Positions 1 through 10,132 of a DNA stretch of 32,000 nucleotides are shown here, in pieces. Origin of the DNA: Saccharolobus solfataricus (lineage in GTDB: Archaea; Thermoproteota; Thermoprotei_A; Sulfolobales; Sulfolobaceae). The position numbers were made by a program, and so were the translations under genes. The stretch's first letter is position 1. Each line of letters begins with the position of its first letter. The stretch is taken from NCBI RefSeq assembly GCF_900079115.1, contig NZ_LT549890.1, forward strand, positions 2,400,001 to 2,432,000, read 5' to 3'. Below the pieces are notes generated by a model. That model was not told where the DNA came from. It saw only the letters and a list, made by a program, of their open reading frames with translations, and ran no database searches.

Positions 1-1051
1 TTCCATCCAATCCAGCTTCTATTACTGCAGTTAAGAGAAGATATGGATTTGTGGAGGGATCGGGGACTCTATATTCTATTCTCCTGTCTAACTGTGACAT
101 TCCGGGATATGGTGTCGGTATTCTTATCATGGCGGACTTGTTGTTATATCCATAGGTTATTTTAGTTGGTGCCCAAGAACCAGGAACAAGTCTTTTATAG
201 GAGTTAATCGTTGGTGAGGCTATTGCGGTTAATGCTTTAGCGTGTTCCAACAAACCAGCTATGAAATTGTAGGCTAAGTCGCTAAGTCCATACTTATCAT
301 TATGGCTATAGAATAAATTCTGATTATCTTTCCATAAGCTGATGTTTAAATGGAGTCCAGATCCAGCCAATTTATTAAATGGTTTTGGCATAAAGTTCGC
401 TTCTACACCATGTTTACTTGCTACTTGTCTTGCGACTTCCTTAAATATAACAACTTCATCCGCACTCCTTAGCGCGTCTTTATGCATTATATCAAACTCA
501 TACTGTCCTGGTCCATATTCCTTTATTATTCTTATTGGTTCTATGTTAATTTGCCTTAACGTTTTAGCAATTTCTGGGATTATTTGATTGTTATAAAATG
601 CAGAAGGATCGAAACACCTAGCATCATCCAATGGTTTTTTATCCTTTGTTAAATAGAACTCTATTTCGAAAGCTGATTTGAAGTCGAAATCGTATTGTTC
701 TTTTGCCTTTTCTATTGTTTTAATTAATATACTTCTAGGATCATAATTCCATGGATTTCCATGCTTATATAGGTTGCATATTACTATGGCTGATGGTGGA
801 AAGACTGAGAGTGTATTAAGGTCTGGAGTAAGGAATACATCTTCATCTTGTGGTCCAAATGTGCCATAGGGACTTATGTAATCCATTGGAGTAAAGCTCA
901 TCATTGCCATTGTTAAGCCTATACCCGTTTTCAATAATTCATCTACATGGTCAATATAAGCTCCCTTTGATCTAATATACCCATCTAACCCTACCCAAGT
1001 GAATCTTAGAATTTCCACGCCCTTTTCTCTAAGTTCTTTCTCTACATTCAT
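1..1051 (-). CDS. glnA: Glutamine synthetase (GlnA family), N-terminal ~350 codons; the C-terminus runs off the left window edge
   Basis: Reverse-strand reading from the ATG at 1049-1051 gives MNVEKELREKGVEILRFTWVGLDGYIRSKG...KEYGPGQYEFDIMH...AGSGLHLNISLW...TINSYKRLVPGSWAP...NNKSAMIRIP with no stop down to base 1. These are the classic GS beta-grasp and catalytic-domain motifs. It is absent from the ORF track only because it is open at the edge. Confidence 0.85.
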   Translation of the reverse strand, partial: MNVEKELREKGVEILRFTWVGLDGYIRSKGAYIDHVDELLKTGIGLTMAMMSFTPMDYISPYGTFGPQDEDVFLTPDLNTLSVFPPSAIVICNLYKHGNPWNYDPRSILIKTIEKAKEQYDFDFKSAFEIEFYLTKDKKPLDDARCFDPSAFYNNQIIPEIAKTLRQINIEPIRIIKEYGPGQYEFDIMHKDALRSADEVVIFKEVARQVASKHGVEANFMPKPFNKLAGSGLHLNISLWKDNQNLFYSHNDKYGLSDLAYNFIAGLLEHAKALTAIASPTINSYKRLVPGSWAPTKITYGYNNKSAMIRIPTPYPGMSQLDRRIEYRVPDPSTNPYLLLTAVIEAGLDG

Positions 1052-1088
1052 TAATAATAAAATAAACTTGCTAGTTTATTAACAATTA

Positions 1089-1844
1089 TCATTGCTGAGT
1101 AAAGTTAGTATTTACTTCTTCTGGTTCTTCATACCACTTTACTTTTTCCCCAATCTTCGCCCTCATTTTCCATTTAATACTCTTGGGATGTTTCTCTATT
1201 ATTTCCCTTAATTTTACTAGTTTAGGTTCTATTATTTCCCTGTTTTTATCGTTTTTCATGAATTCTAATACTCTATCATGATTTATTGTATAAGTCTTAT
1301 AAAATCCCCAGTCTTCGGATAAGATTTTAGCTATATAATTATAGTTCATGGTCTTCTCGTCGTCTCTTTCCCCTAATTCCACATCGTAAAGCAGTGCAGC
1401 TATATCTTTCTTATCATTTTCAGTAAGTTGTATTATTTGCATTTTTGTCAGAAATAAATCCGAAGTTGGGATGGTATATTTCATTATTCTTAATCTATCC
1501 TTTAACACAAGTTTATGACACATTACGAATTCATCTAAAAAAACATCAACTGTTGAGTTAATTATAGGATCAAAGAACATTAATCTAATATGTCCATGCA
1601 ATGCGTTAAACCTCTTATTTGGAATCAATCCTATACCTTCTAAGAATCTAGATATCTTAGTACTTTGAGATGAAAGTCCAAAATAATCTATATCCTTGTA
1701 TACTCGTGGATACAATTCTGATCCCTTTTTAGCTATTAGAGCTATTGCTGCTCCTCCAATCACTCTTAGAGTTATTCCCTCATTCTCAGCCTTATCTATT
1801 ACTTCTATCCCTCTATTCAGCAATTGTTCCTTAGTTAATGTCAT
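1089..1844 (-). CDS. Hypothetical protein, possible pol-beta-fold nucleotidyltransferase
   Basis: 251-aa ORF with host-like codon usage. RVIGGAAIAL...YKDIDYFG resembles the G[GS]-x(n)-DxD nucleotidyltransferase signature. No other motif recognised. Confidence 0.45.
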   Translation of the reverse strand: MTLTKEQLLNRGIEVIDKAENEGITLRVIGGAAIALIAKKGSELYPRVYKDIDYFGLSSQSTKISRFLEGIGLIPNKRFNALHGHIRLMFFDPIINSTVDVFLDEFVMCHKLVLKDRLRIMKYTIPTSDLFLTKMQIIQLTENDKKDIAALLYDVELGERDDEKTMNYNYIAKILSEDWGFYKTYTINHDRVLEFMKNDKNREIIEPKLVKLREIIEKHPKSIKWKMRAKIGEKVKWYEEPEEVNTNFTQQ

Positions 1845-1970
1845 AATAATTATTTAGAGTTACCTCAATATAAATTATGGCATTATGGATATTTTAAAAC
1901 TTCTTGACAGAATGATTAAAAGGTCGTTAGAGCGATTAGGCAAAAAGTTTATAAGCATAGTTAGAAGTGT

Positions 1971-2348
1971 GTGACTATGGAACCTCTGATAGCCATAGAT
2001 CTAAATTCCAATATGAGTATTTCTCAATTAGAGAGTTCAGTTAAGAAACTTTTTGAGACATTCGGAGCTTTGGATGTAGTTTTCATTATAGATGACGATA
2101 GTATAGTGGAACTAGATGGAAATTTGGTTTTGACATTTTATAGTGTGAAGGAGTTGGTAGAGACATATAAGGTATTGAAGAAACTCTCAGAAGTTAAATC
2201 CAATAGGTTAAGGGTTACTAGTGTGATAAGGTTAGAAAGAGATCTAAAAAGGTTCCCATTAGTTGTAATAACGGACAGGAAGATCGTTGGCTTAAATAAG
2301 AACTTAATTTTTGTGTATGACGGAGATAAAGTGAAAGCAAGATATTAA
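1971..2348 (+). CDS. Hypothetical protein (125 aa; ATG at 1977 is the more likely start than GTG at 1971)
   Basis: Uninterrupted ORF, divergent from 1089-1844, with host-like AT-rich codons. No recognisable domain. Confidence 0.5.
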   Translation: MTMEPLIAIDLNSNMSISQLESSVKKLFETFGALDVVFIIDDDSIVELDGNLVLTFYSVKELVETYKVLKKLSEVKSNRLRVTSVIRLERDLKRFPLVVITDRKIVGLNKNLIFVYDGDKVKARY

Positions 2349-2558
2349 GTCTTTTATATATTTATAATAGCATAAAAATTGTCATATCTTCTTAAAGAGT
2401 TTTTACGAAAAAATTTAAGGTAGGAGGCACCCGACTAATGTTCTCTGAAAAATCACTGTGAAAAATTCAATAAAAATCTTTCTTGGAACACCGTTTATGT
2501 TTAGCTGTTTGTATTTTTAGAAGATAATTTTTTAGTATAATTTTATGAGATAGAGTCC

Positions 2559-2605
2559 ATGAAAGCTGAAAATTGGAGTAATGTAGTTGGTGGCTACATC
2601 TCGTG
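2559..2605 (+). pseudogene. 5' fragment (15 codons + 2 nt, MKAENWSNVVGGYIS) of the MFS transporter gene split by ISC1234
   Basis: ATG at 2559. Joining 2605 directly to 3838 (removing 1232 bp = IS + one copy of ctcgtg) gives ...GGYISWVMDGYDLGAV..., in frame with ORF 3842-5008. Confidence 0.75.
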
Positions 2606-3831
2606 AGAGTGTCCGGAATGTAAAAAATTGAATTTTTATTGGCAAGAATAAATTGGTTTCTAGTATTATCTTGGATTAAATTGGAGTAACACTTAAGTTA
2701 TGGGAGTAGAGGGTAGTACCATGGCAAGAACATTAAGACACATACCAAACCTGATGTACTACCCTCTTCCCCCAATAGAGGATATGCCGTGGAGGGAAAA
2801 ATGGTTAACGGAGATCAAGCCCGTGCTGGACGCCATGGATTTGGAGAGGGTCCTTGGCGAGGGCGCGCTGGTTTACCTGAAGTTGTTAATCGTCATGGTG
2901 CTCTATTCCTGCTCCTATAGGGACGCGGTGAAAATGGTCAACGTGAACGTGGTCGTGGCCTGGTTCGTGGGGAGGAAGGTGGGGAAGAGCACGCTGCACG
3001 ACTTCGTGGGCAGGTTGTACGGGGTGAGGAAGAAGTTGTTGGAGATTTCCTTCAAGCTTGAGGAGAAGTGCCTACCCAGTTACCTCCCTGCGAGCGCGCA
3101 TCTCGTGGACTTCATGGCGTGGCTAGTGGACTCCTTCCTACTGGACTTACCTCCTGGGAAGAGGAGCGTGGAGACCTTTCGGGAGAAGGCGGAGCTGGAG
3201 AGGAGGGAAGGTAACTTGGAGAGGGCCAGGAAGCTGCTCTCCCTGGGGAGAACCAAGAGGAGGTTCGAGGGAAGGTGGACCAAGAAGAGAGGGGTCTCGC
3301 ACTACGGGCTCAAGGCAGTGGCCGTGATCTCCGTCTCCCTCTTCGTGAGGTCCATCACGTTGAAGCCAGCCAACTTCTCGGACAAGAGGTTCAAGTCACC
3401 GCTCAAGGGGATTAAGATCGCGGACAGGGGATTCTCTCCCTCCCCGACACAGCTCATAGCGCGGGAGAAGCCCTTCACTACCCTGAGGGCCCACGTGGAG
3501 TTCTTCGGCACCTACCTGAACGCGTTCTGGAGGCCCTACGGGACTACGACTTGGAGGAACGACGTCTTCCTTCACGTCCTGGGAGTGATCTACAACATCA
3601 AGATATTCCTCGCGATCCAACGGAGGACTCCTCCAGAACGTAGAGCCGTTCAGCTCTGAGACGCACCTCCTCGCGATCAGACAACGCTATGCGCGATAGG
3701 TAAATCCTCTCGTCTTGATATTTTTCCATTATAAAGTTTTTCTCGGTGATCCAGGTCCTATCCTTCTGGCAATATTAATATTTATCATTCTGTTTATCTA
3801 TTCGTTCAGATAATTACATTCCGGACACTCT
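2606..3831 (+). mobile_element. ISC1234-like insertion sequence (IS5 family), copy 1, inserted in the MFS gene
   Basis: The terminal inverted repeat agagtgtccggaatgt ... acattccggacactct is perfect over 16 bp. It is flanked by direct repeats ctcgtg (2600-2605 and 3832-3837). The element is GC-rich relative to its surroundings. An almost identical copy lies at 10133-11358. If the cgtg bases are counted as element, the span 2602-3835 is exactly 1234 bp, so the ends are ambiguous by about 4 bp. Confidence 0.85.
2700..3659 (+). CDS. ISC1234 transposase (IS5-family DDE)
   Basis: 319-aa ORF filling the element. It is repeated at 10227-11186 with 4 aa differences. The family assignment is from memory of Sulfolobus IS nomenclature. 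Confidence 0.8.
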   Translation: MGVEGSTMARTLRHIPNLMYYPLPPIEDMPWREKWLTEIKPVLDAMDLERVLGEGALVYLKLLIVMVLYSCSYRDAVKMVNVNVVVAWFVGRKVGKSTLHDFVGRLYGVRKKLLEISFKLEEKCLPSYLPASAHLVDFMAWLVDSFLLDLPPGKRSVETFREKAELERREGNLERARKLLSLGRTKRRFEGRWTKKRGVSHYGLKAVAVISVSLFVRSITLKPANFSDKRFKSPLKGIKIADRGFSPSPTQLIAREKPFTTLRAHVEFFGTYLNAFWRPYGTTTWRNDVFLHVLGVIYNIKIFLAIQRRTPPERRAVQL

Positions 3832-3837
3832 CTCGTG

Positions 3838-5008
3838 GGTAATGGATGGGTACGATTTAGGTGCTGTTGTTATTACAGCAACGATATTAGGTAAATTGTT
3901 CTATCCCGGGATAGGTTTGCTAAGTGCAGTTTTGCCCATAGTGTTTACTGTAATCTCTAGGCCATTAGGTGGATTTGTTTTTGGTTATGTTGGAGATAAA
4001 TACGGCAGAAGAGTTAGCTTACTAATTTCGGTATTAGGTTACTCTTTATCTATAGGCTTAACTTCTATATTACCTACTTATGCCCAAATAGGGATTTTAG
4101 CTGCCGTTATAATTTCAATTCTAAGATTTATACAAGGTATATTTATAGGAGGAGACGTTGCGGGTAGTTTCACTATAGTAATGGAAAGCCTTAACAATTA
4201 TAGAGGTCTATTTTCCGGTATAATGCAATCTGGAGTTTTGGTTGGTTTTGTTGGAGTTGACTTCTTATTTACTTATTTAGCGTCTGTTACTGGAGCACAG
4301 TTTATATCGACTTATTGGAGGTTAATTTTCGCCATTGGAGTAATACCAGCAATATTGGCTGCCTTAATTAGATTCAGGATGACAGAACCTAGTGTCTGGC
4401 TTAAGATAAAACATTCTGCAAATCCCTTAAAAGGCCTAAGAGAACTTCCGCAACCGTTTCTAGTTATGGTAGGCTTCTGGTTGGCAATTTACGCTGGACC
4501 TCAATTAGTACCTACATTGTTTGGGCAAGTGATGAAGTTGCCTCCTTCGTATTACGGTCCTTTAGTTCTCTATATGAATTTAATAGGGATACCATCCATG
4601 TTGGTTGCAGGAGTTCTCTCGGATTATATAGGGAGAAGAATGATGGGTATAATAGGTTCGATATTTGCTGCAATAGGTTCATTAACTTTTTATTACTTTA
4701 TTCAAATTCACAACATTAACCTATTATATCTTATATTACTTTTCGGTTTTCTGGTAAACTTGCCCTCTTCTATAACTCCTGCATTTTTATCAGAGAGATT
4801 TAAGACGTTTACAAGAGCTTTGGGAGTTGGCACCGCGTACAATGGAGCATATATAATAGCGGGTTTCGCTCCGATTTACGTTTCCATTCTTTCGAACTTT
4901 ATGAATCCATTTAATGCAGCTACAACAGTAGCAGTTATCGGCTTCATTATAGCCATAACTGGACTTATTGCGGGACCGGAAACTTATAAGACAAGTCTAG
5001 AAGAGTGA
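3838..5008 (+). CDS. MFS transporter, metabolite:H+ symporter (MHS)-like; 3' portion of an IS-disrupted gene (an internal ATG at 3842 could still allow expression)
   Basis: Multi-TM protein with the MFS loop 2-3 signature RPLGGFVFGYVGDKYGRR and a second copy, LSDYIGRR. The N-terminal 15 codons lie upstream of the IS at 2559-2605. Confidence 0.8.
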
Positions 5009-5041
5009 TTTGTTTTTTAATGTTAAGTCAAATATTTTCTT

Positions 5042-6271
5042 ATGAAGATAGCAGTTATAGGTTCAGGTCCAGCTGGAGTATCAGCTTCATTAGAATTAGC
5101 CAAAAACAATAAGGTAGTATTAGTGGAAAAAGAGGAAAGACTTGGAGGAACGTGCGTATTATATGGCTGTATTCCATCTAAGGCTATGCTACATCCCATA
5201 CACTTGGCTTCTGAACTCGAAAAGTTAGGCAAAAATATAACTTTCGATTTGGGAGAGCTGAGAAAATTAGGACAAGATGCGTCATATAGGCTATCTAAGG
5301 GAGTCGAATATATGCTAGAAGATAATGGTGTAGAAGTTATTCATGGAATCGCATCTCTTAGATCTGGGCAATTAATAGTAAACAATGAGACTATCCAAGT
5401 GGATTACGTTGTTTTAGCTACTGGTACTTATAGAGAAGTTGTTAAGGGTATAATATATTCAGAGGATTTGCCTTATTTGAACAAGGACTTTAAGAGCGTT
5501 ATAATTGTTGGCGGAGATGTAGGAGGTGTTGAATTTGGATGGATGTTAAGGAAACTTGGAAAGGAGGTAGTTCTAGTTGATAAGCAATCCTCGTTATTAC
5601 CATATCTAGATAAGGAGGTTAGTAATGCTATAACTAACTACTTCTCTAAGATTGGTGTGAGATTGTATTTGAATCGTTCAGTTAAGGAGATGAAAGAAAA
5701 AGAGGTGATATTAGAGAATGGAGAGAAGTTAACTGCGGACGTCGTATATATGACTTTTGGTAGGAAGCCATCTATCCAAGGATTTGAGGAGATCAACCAT
5801 AATCCTTTCGTCATCGTTGACGAATATTTAAGGACTAGTCTAAGTAATGTTTTTGCTGCAGGTGATATAATTGGTACTCACACTGCCCATGAAGCAATGT
5901 ACGCTGGGAAAATAGCTGCAACTAACATTATGGGTGGTAAAAAAGTATTTAATAAACAAGGCATACCTAAGGTCGTATATACTCACCCTACAATAGCTTA
6001 TGTTGGAAGTATGGAAGGAAAATGCGTTAAAATAAATTTAGTTGAGTTAGGTCGTGCGATTACGGAAAAAGAGATTGATGGATTTCTTAAGCTATGTATT
6101 AAAGATGATAAGATTGTGGGAGCTCAAGCTTTTATGAAGGATGCTGAAGAAGTGATATCACTAATTTCATTCTTAATTAGGTATAATATTAAGGTTAATG
6201 AGATTAAGGATTATGTAGCTCCTCATCCTTCCTATATCGAAGCTTTAACTGAACTTCTAAATAGACTCTGA
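5042..6271 (+). CDS. Class I pyridine nucleotide-disulfide oxidoreductase (dihydrolipoamide dehydrogenase-like)
   Basis: GSGPAG FAD motif, redox-active GGTCVLYGCIPSK (CxxxxC), second dinucleotide motif GGDVGGVE, and C-terminal interface motif APHPSY. Confidence 0.8.
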   Translation: MKIAVIGSGPAGVSASLELAKNNKVVLVEKEERLGGTCVLYGCIPSKAMLHPIHLASELEKLGKNITFDLGELRKLGQDASYRLSKGVEYMLEDNGVEVIHGIASLRSGQLIVNNETIQVDYVVLATGTYREVVKGIIYSEDLPYLNKDFKSVIIVGGDVGGVEFGWMLRKLGKEVVLVDKQSSLLPYLDKEVSNAITNYFSKIGVRLYLNRSVKEMKEKEVILENGEKLTADVVYMTFGRKPSIQGFEEINHNPFVIVDEYLRTSLSNVFAAGDIIGTHTAHEAMYAGKIAATNIMGGKKVFNKQGIPKVVYTHPTIAYVGSMEGKCVKINLVELGRAITEKEIDGFLKLCIKDDKIVGAQAFMKDAEEVISLISFLIRYNIKVNEIKDYVAPHPSYIEALTELLNRL

Positions 6272-6343
6272 GATAGATTCATTCAAATTTCATTGCACAG
6301 CACAGTAAATAAGCATATATAGCTGGATAGCCTATCCATAAAT

Positions 6344-7027
6344 ATGGATGTATACGAAGCAATACGAAAGAGGAGGGATATAAGAAGTTATTACAAACCC
6401 GACCCAATCCCTGATGAAGTGTTAGCTAAAATTCTTTCTGCAGCCCATATGGCTCCTTCAGTAGGTTATTCTCAGCCTTGGAATTTCATTATAATCAGAG
6501 ATGATGAAATTAGGAAGAAGATTAAGCAGGTAGTAGAGGAGGAGAGAAAGAGATTTGAAAGCGTTTTAGATGAAGAACGCAAACTAATATTTTCTAAAAT
6601 AAAGGTCGAAGCAATACTAGATACTCCTGTTAATATGGCGGTAACCTATGATCCTAATCGCTTTGGTCCTAATATTTTGGGCAGATCTACTATGCCTGAG
6701 ACCTCATTATACAGTACCGTATTAGCAATAGGGAACTTATGGTTAGCGGCTACCGCAGAAGGTATAGGGGTTGGATTTGTGTCTTTCTTCAATAAAGAGA
6801 AAGTTAAAGAGATATTAAATATTCCCAAGGAGATAGAGTTAGTAAGTTACCTAACCTTAGGATATGTTAGAGAGTTTCCTAAAATACCGGAGTTAGAGGA
6901 GAAGGGATGGAATAGAAGGTTAATGTTATCGGATCTCGTGTTTGAAGATATTTTTGGCAAGAAAACTAATAATAATTTCAGACTGTTATTAGATAGAACA
7001 TTTGAGGAAATATTTAATAATTTCTGA
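6344..7027 (+). CDS. Nitroreductase-family flavoprotein (BluB / 5,6-dimethylbenzimidazole synthase-like)
   Basis: N-terminal [10 protein letters not shown]...[33 protein letters not shown] matches the nitroreductase/BluB signature. Confidence 0.7.
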   Translation: MDVYEAIRKRRDIRSYYKPDPIPDEVLAKILSAAHMAPSVGYSQPWNFIIIRDDEIRKKIKQVVEEERKRFESVLDEERKLIFSKIKVEAILDTPVNMAVTYDPNRFGPNILGRSTMPETSLYSTVLAIGNLWLAATAEGIGVGFVSFFNKEKVKEILNIPKEIELVSYLTLGYVREFPKIPELEEKGWNRRLMLSDLVFEDIFGKKTNNNFRLLLDRTFEEIFNNF

Positions 7028-7562
7028 GGTTTTCAAATTTAGCCTTAACTCTTAAGGCTCTACCCATTTTTATTACTTCATAATTTATTTGTAAATTATT
7101 GCACGATCGTGTAATCTCTATTTGATCCTCTGATATAAACCTTATATTTGGCTTGCTACAAAGGCTTACGTCAAGATATTGGGATAGTATTTCGTCTATT
7201 TCATTCATACTATTTACTGTAAATTCTAATTCTATAGTATTTCTCATCATTCTTGCGAACGTACCGTGTCGGCTTGACATATATGCCGTTGCTATGCATG
7301 TTATGCTTCCAATTAAATTGAATACCAATACTAAATAATAAAATGGATATCCCAAAATAGTAATTCTCACTATATAAAATATATATGTTGTTAATACAGA
7401 GAGAAAAACTGAATATGCTACGGAAGACACTATTGAAAGCCTATAGTTTGTTTTGAAACGATAACTTAGTAACAACCCAGTAAAAAATGGTCCTATTATT
7501 GGAACCCACCATAATAAAAACGGAAGTAAAAATACTGCCCTACTTAAAGTGAAATTTTTCAA
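7014..7562 (-). CDS. Hypothetical integral membrane protein (182 aa)
   Basis: Four or more hydrophobic helices in the N-terminal two-thirds. Its 3' end overlaps the convergent nitroreductase gene by 14 nt. Confidence 0.55.
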   Translation of the reverse strand: MKNFTLSRAVFLLPFLLWWVPIIGPFFTGLLLSYRFKTNYRLSIVSSVAYSVFLSVLTTYIFYIVRITILGYPFYYLVLVFNLIGSITCIATAYMSSRHGTFARMMRNTIELEFTVNSMNEIDEILSQYLDVSLCSKPNIRFISEDQIEITRSCNNLQINYEVIKMGRALRVKAKFENLRNY

Positions 7563-7631
7563 TGCGAATTAATTTCTCACTTTATACTTTATTAAGTTTT
7601 ATCTTAATGGGGGTTAAGGGGGCGGAAGACC

Positions 7632-7649
7632 CCATCCCCAAGGGGATGG
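7632..7649 (+). repeat. Perfect hairpin ccatcccc-aa-ggggatgg in the putative left end (LE) of the IS200/IS605-family element
   Basis: 8-bp stem with a 2-nt loop, about 47 bp upstream of the tnpB ATG (7696). Subterminal hairpins are the hallmark of IS200/IS605 ends. Confidence 0.55.
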
Positions 7650-7695
7650 ATAGTCCCCTTATATTTTAAATATAAGAACTACAGATATACAATTA

Positions 7696-7991
7696 ATGCC
7701 TGAAGTAGGGTTCCGCTTCCGCGCTTACACAGACGAACAAGCACTGAGGGCGTCAAAAGCCCAGTTGAGGCTAGCATGTGAGGTATATAACACCCTACGT
7801 TGGACAGATACGTATTCTACCAAAGGGATGGGAAAGGTCTTACACAGACGGAGTTAAGACAGATGGCCCTTGACTTAAGAAAGCAGGATGAGGAGTACAA
7901 ACAACTTCACTCACAAGTTGTTCAACAGATAGCAGATCGTTTTTACGAGGCTAAGAAGAGGTTTATGGACGGGCTAGCACGCTTTCCAAGA
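7696..7991 (+). pseudogene. tnpB: tnpB (IS605 OrfB / IS1341-group) 5' fragment, frameshifted near 7800
   Basis: The ATG at 7696 reads [36 protein letters not shown]. The frame then shifts into ORF 7800-..., which reads [59 protein letters not shown], typical of a Sulfolobus TnpB N-terminus. Similarity stops at the ISC1359-like left IR (7992). Confidence 0.7.
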
Positions 7992-8106
7992 CAGTATGGG
8001 AATCTCTTTTTTCTCGTAAAAAACGAGATGTATGAAATACAGAAAAAGTTGAGAGGATGAGAATTTCTGGAGAAAAGTTCGTATATGCGAGGGCGAACCT
8101 GAATGT

Positions 8107-8961
8107 ATGAAGCATGAGAATACAACTAAACCGGCGAAGTTCAACCGAGACTTCGCCAGGTCCGCCCTCAAGATAATTTACTCGGTCCTCACTAAAATAC
8201 TTTTCCCTGAGGAACTCCTCAGTGCCTTGCTTAAGGCGAGTGGGAGCTACTTGAGCAGGTTGGGAAAAGATGGGAGAAGAGCGTTGAGAAAGTTGAACGT
8301 GGTTCAAGTTGAGGACGTGAGGGATGCGTTGAGGAAGATGGGGAGGATGACGTTAAGGGGAGTCAGGGACAGGAGGGTAGCAGTGGACTTCCATGTCATA
8401 CCTCAATACCACGCTAACAAGAGTTTCTTGAGTAGGATAAAGCCAACTAAGGGGACGTCGTGGGGATTGGTTCAAGCTGCGATCTTCCTCCTGGGGAGGA
8501 AGAGGCGCTTCCTGGACGTGATCCCAGTGACCGTGAAGAACGTAGCTGAAGGTTTCAAGGCGGTGATGGAGGTAATCGTGAAGGAGTTAGAGGAGGATAA
8601 GCTGAGGCTCGTCATGGTCTTCGCGGACAAGGAGTTCGCGGTGAACGAAGTGATTAGGTTCCTCTTGGAGTTGGGCTTGGACTTCGTCATATCTGCCAAG
8701 GCCCAGATGTACAAGAAGTACGAGGGGATGTTGCAGAGTGTGGACGTGAGTTTCGGCGGAGTCAGATACACGGGCTTCCTCTGCGTGAGACATGGGACCG
8801 GAGCTTATCTCATTATCCTGAGGAAGGAAGACGGCAAGATTATTGCCTTCCTCGTGAGGAGGGAGATCGACCTTCACGATGCCATAGTCCTTGCCGAGAT
8901 GTACAGGGAGAGGTGGGGGATAGAGAACGCCTTCCGCTCCCTTGAGGAGTTCAGGATCAGG
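8107..8961 (+). pseudogene. ISC1359-like DDE transposase, N-terminal 285 codons (interrupted)
   Basis: It ends ...YRERWGIENAFRSLEEFRIR, with a YREK-type IS4 motif. The stop TAG at 8962 is the first triplet of the inserted ISC1217-like element. Confidence 0.75.
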
Positions 8962-10109
8962 TAGCACTTTACGGTTTTCTCCTCCTCTTGAACAGTTTTT
9001 TGATCCCACCCGCCTCACGGTAAATACTTTTTATCAATCTGGCCAACCTTTTGGCCCCGAGCATCAGACCCGTGGAGTACTTGAAGTATTGAACAACGAG
9101 GAGGGAGAGAGCCTTCAAGGCCACGAAGCCTGAGTTCCTAACCCAGGTCAAGAAGGACCCACCCTCGAGTCCCAAGGCCTTGAGCTCCCTGATCAAGACC
9201 TCTATGTCCCAACGGTTCTCCCAGGTCGTTATGATATCTTCAGCCGTGTCGTTAAGGTCGGTGGAGAAGAAATACCTCCTCCCGTAACCCTTATAGTCAT
9301 CTATAACAAGTAACTTTATGGGAGTCCCCAAGTACTCTACCAGGTACTCCCCTTGGGGGAACTCGCTAACGGGCACGGATCTGCCACCCTCGACGACTCG
9401 CGCGCTGGACTTGAGTTCCCCCACAGTATTCCCTTGGAGAGTCCTCGAGTTCACGTACCACGAGTCGAAGACCTTGGATTTCACATTCAAACCTGAGAGG
9501 GAGGAGAGAAACTCCAAGAGGGCATCTATCTTGGTCTTGAACTTCACCTCCTCACCCCTACGCTTGAGCTCCTCTTCCACCTTTCGGGGTATGTAGGCAA
9601 TTATGTGGATCACGTAGATCTGGTTGTTCACCAGATCCTTGACGCCAATCACAAGGAGTTGGATCGCGGGTTCGAACCTCTTGTGCGCCCTACAGTAGAA
9701 GATCTGCGCCCCGTTTCTGGAGACCGGCATGGCCCTAGCGTAGAGCTTGTGGTCGTGGGTGTCGTCCACTATGAGAAGGACAGGATGATCCCCGACTAAC
9801 TTCTTCACGACCTCGATTAGTTTGGCTTGAGCTGCCTTGTCCAAGTTATTCAGTACGGTCTCGTAGTCCATCTCGGCCTCTTGAGCTATCTCGGTAGCAT
9901 TTCTTCCCACAACCGCCCCCAAGAGTAGCCTCTTGGCAACGTCCTTCCTCGTTCCAGTCATGGATAGTATGACCTCGTTAACTGCCTTTTCCAATGCCTT
10001 ATAGTACTCCTCCCTCGTCAATTCTTTGGTCATACCAAAATTAAAGGTTCTAATTTTAAAAAGTTTTTATGGGCCTCTTGAACTGCCAGGATTTTCCGAT
10101 AAATGCTAA
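8962..10109 (-). mobile_element. ISC1217-like insertion sequence (1148 bp) nested in the ISC1359-like transposase gene
   Basis: Imperfect terminal IR: tagcactttacgg (8962-) versus the reverse complement of 10096-10109, ttagcatttatcgg. It is flanked by the direct repeat tcaggatcagg (8951-8961) / tcaggattagg (10110-10120). The name rests on my recollection that ISC1217 is about 1147 bp and is tentative. Confidence 0.65.
8969..10033 (-). CDS. DDE transposase of the ISC1217-like element (354 aa, apparently intact)
   Basis: Full-length ORF filling the element. C-terminal WENRWDIEVLIRELK resembles the DDE-transposase Y/W-R-E-K region. Confidence 0.75.
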   Translation of the reverse strand: MTKELTREEYYKALEKAVNEVILSMTGTRKDVAKRLLLGAVVGRNATEIAQEAEMDYETVLNNLDKAAQAKLIEVVKKLVGDHPVLLIVDDTHDHKLYARAMPVSRNGAQIFYCRAHKRFEPAIQLLVIGVKDLVNNQIYVIHIIAYIPRKVEEELKRRGEEVKFKTKIDALLEFLSSLSGLNVKSKVFDSWYVNSRTLQGNTVGELKSSARVVEGGRSVPVSEFPQGEYLVEYLGTPIKLLVIDDYKGYGRRYFFSTDLNDTAEDIITTWENRWDIEVLIRELKALGLEGGSFLTWVRNSGFVALKALSLLVVQYFKYSTGLMLGAKRLARLIKSIYREAGGIKKLFKRRRKP

Positions 10110-10132
10110 TCAGGATTAGGACTTGTGACGTG

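Noticed and set aside
342-587. 81-aa + strand ORF
   Set aside because: It lies antisense inside the glutamine synthetase coding region, whose motifs are unambiguous on the - strand. Low-complexity hydrophobic translation.
3080-3620. Three - strand ORFs inside ISC1234 copy 1, with equivalents at 10607-11207 in copy 2
   Set aside because: These are antisense to the transposase in a GC-rich element where stop codons are rare. The proteins are Ser/Pro/Leu/Arg-rich with no motif.
7943-8307. Three - strand ORFs (60-114 aa) over the tnpB/ISC1359 junction
   Set aside because: They span an IS boundary and run antisense to recognisable transposase and TnpB coding sequence.
8472-9799. ORFs 8472-8771(-), 8587-9018(-), 8942-9133(+), 9318-9596(+) and 9605-9799(+)
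   Set aside because: They are antisense to, or cross the junctions of, the ISC1359-like and ISC1217-like transposase genes. They are artefacts of GC-rich IS sequence.
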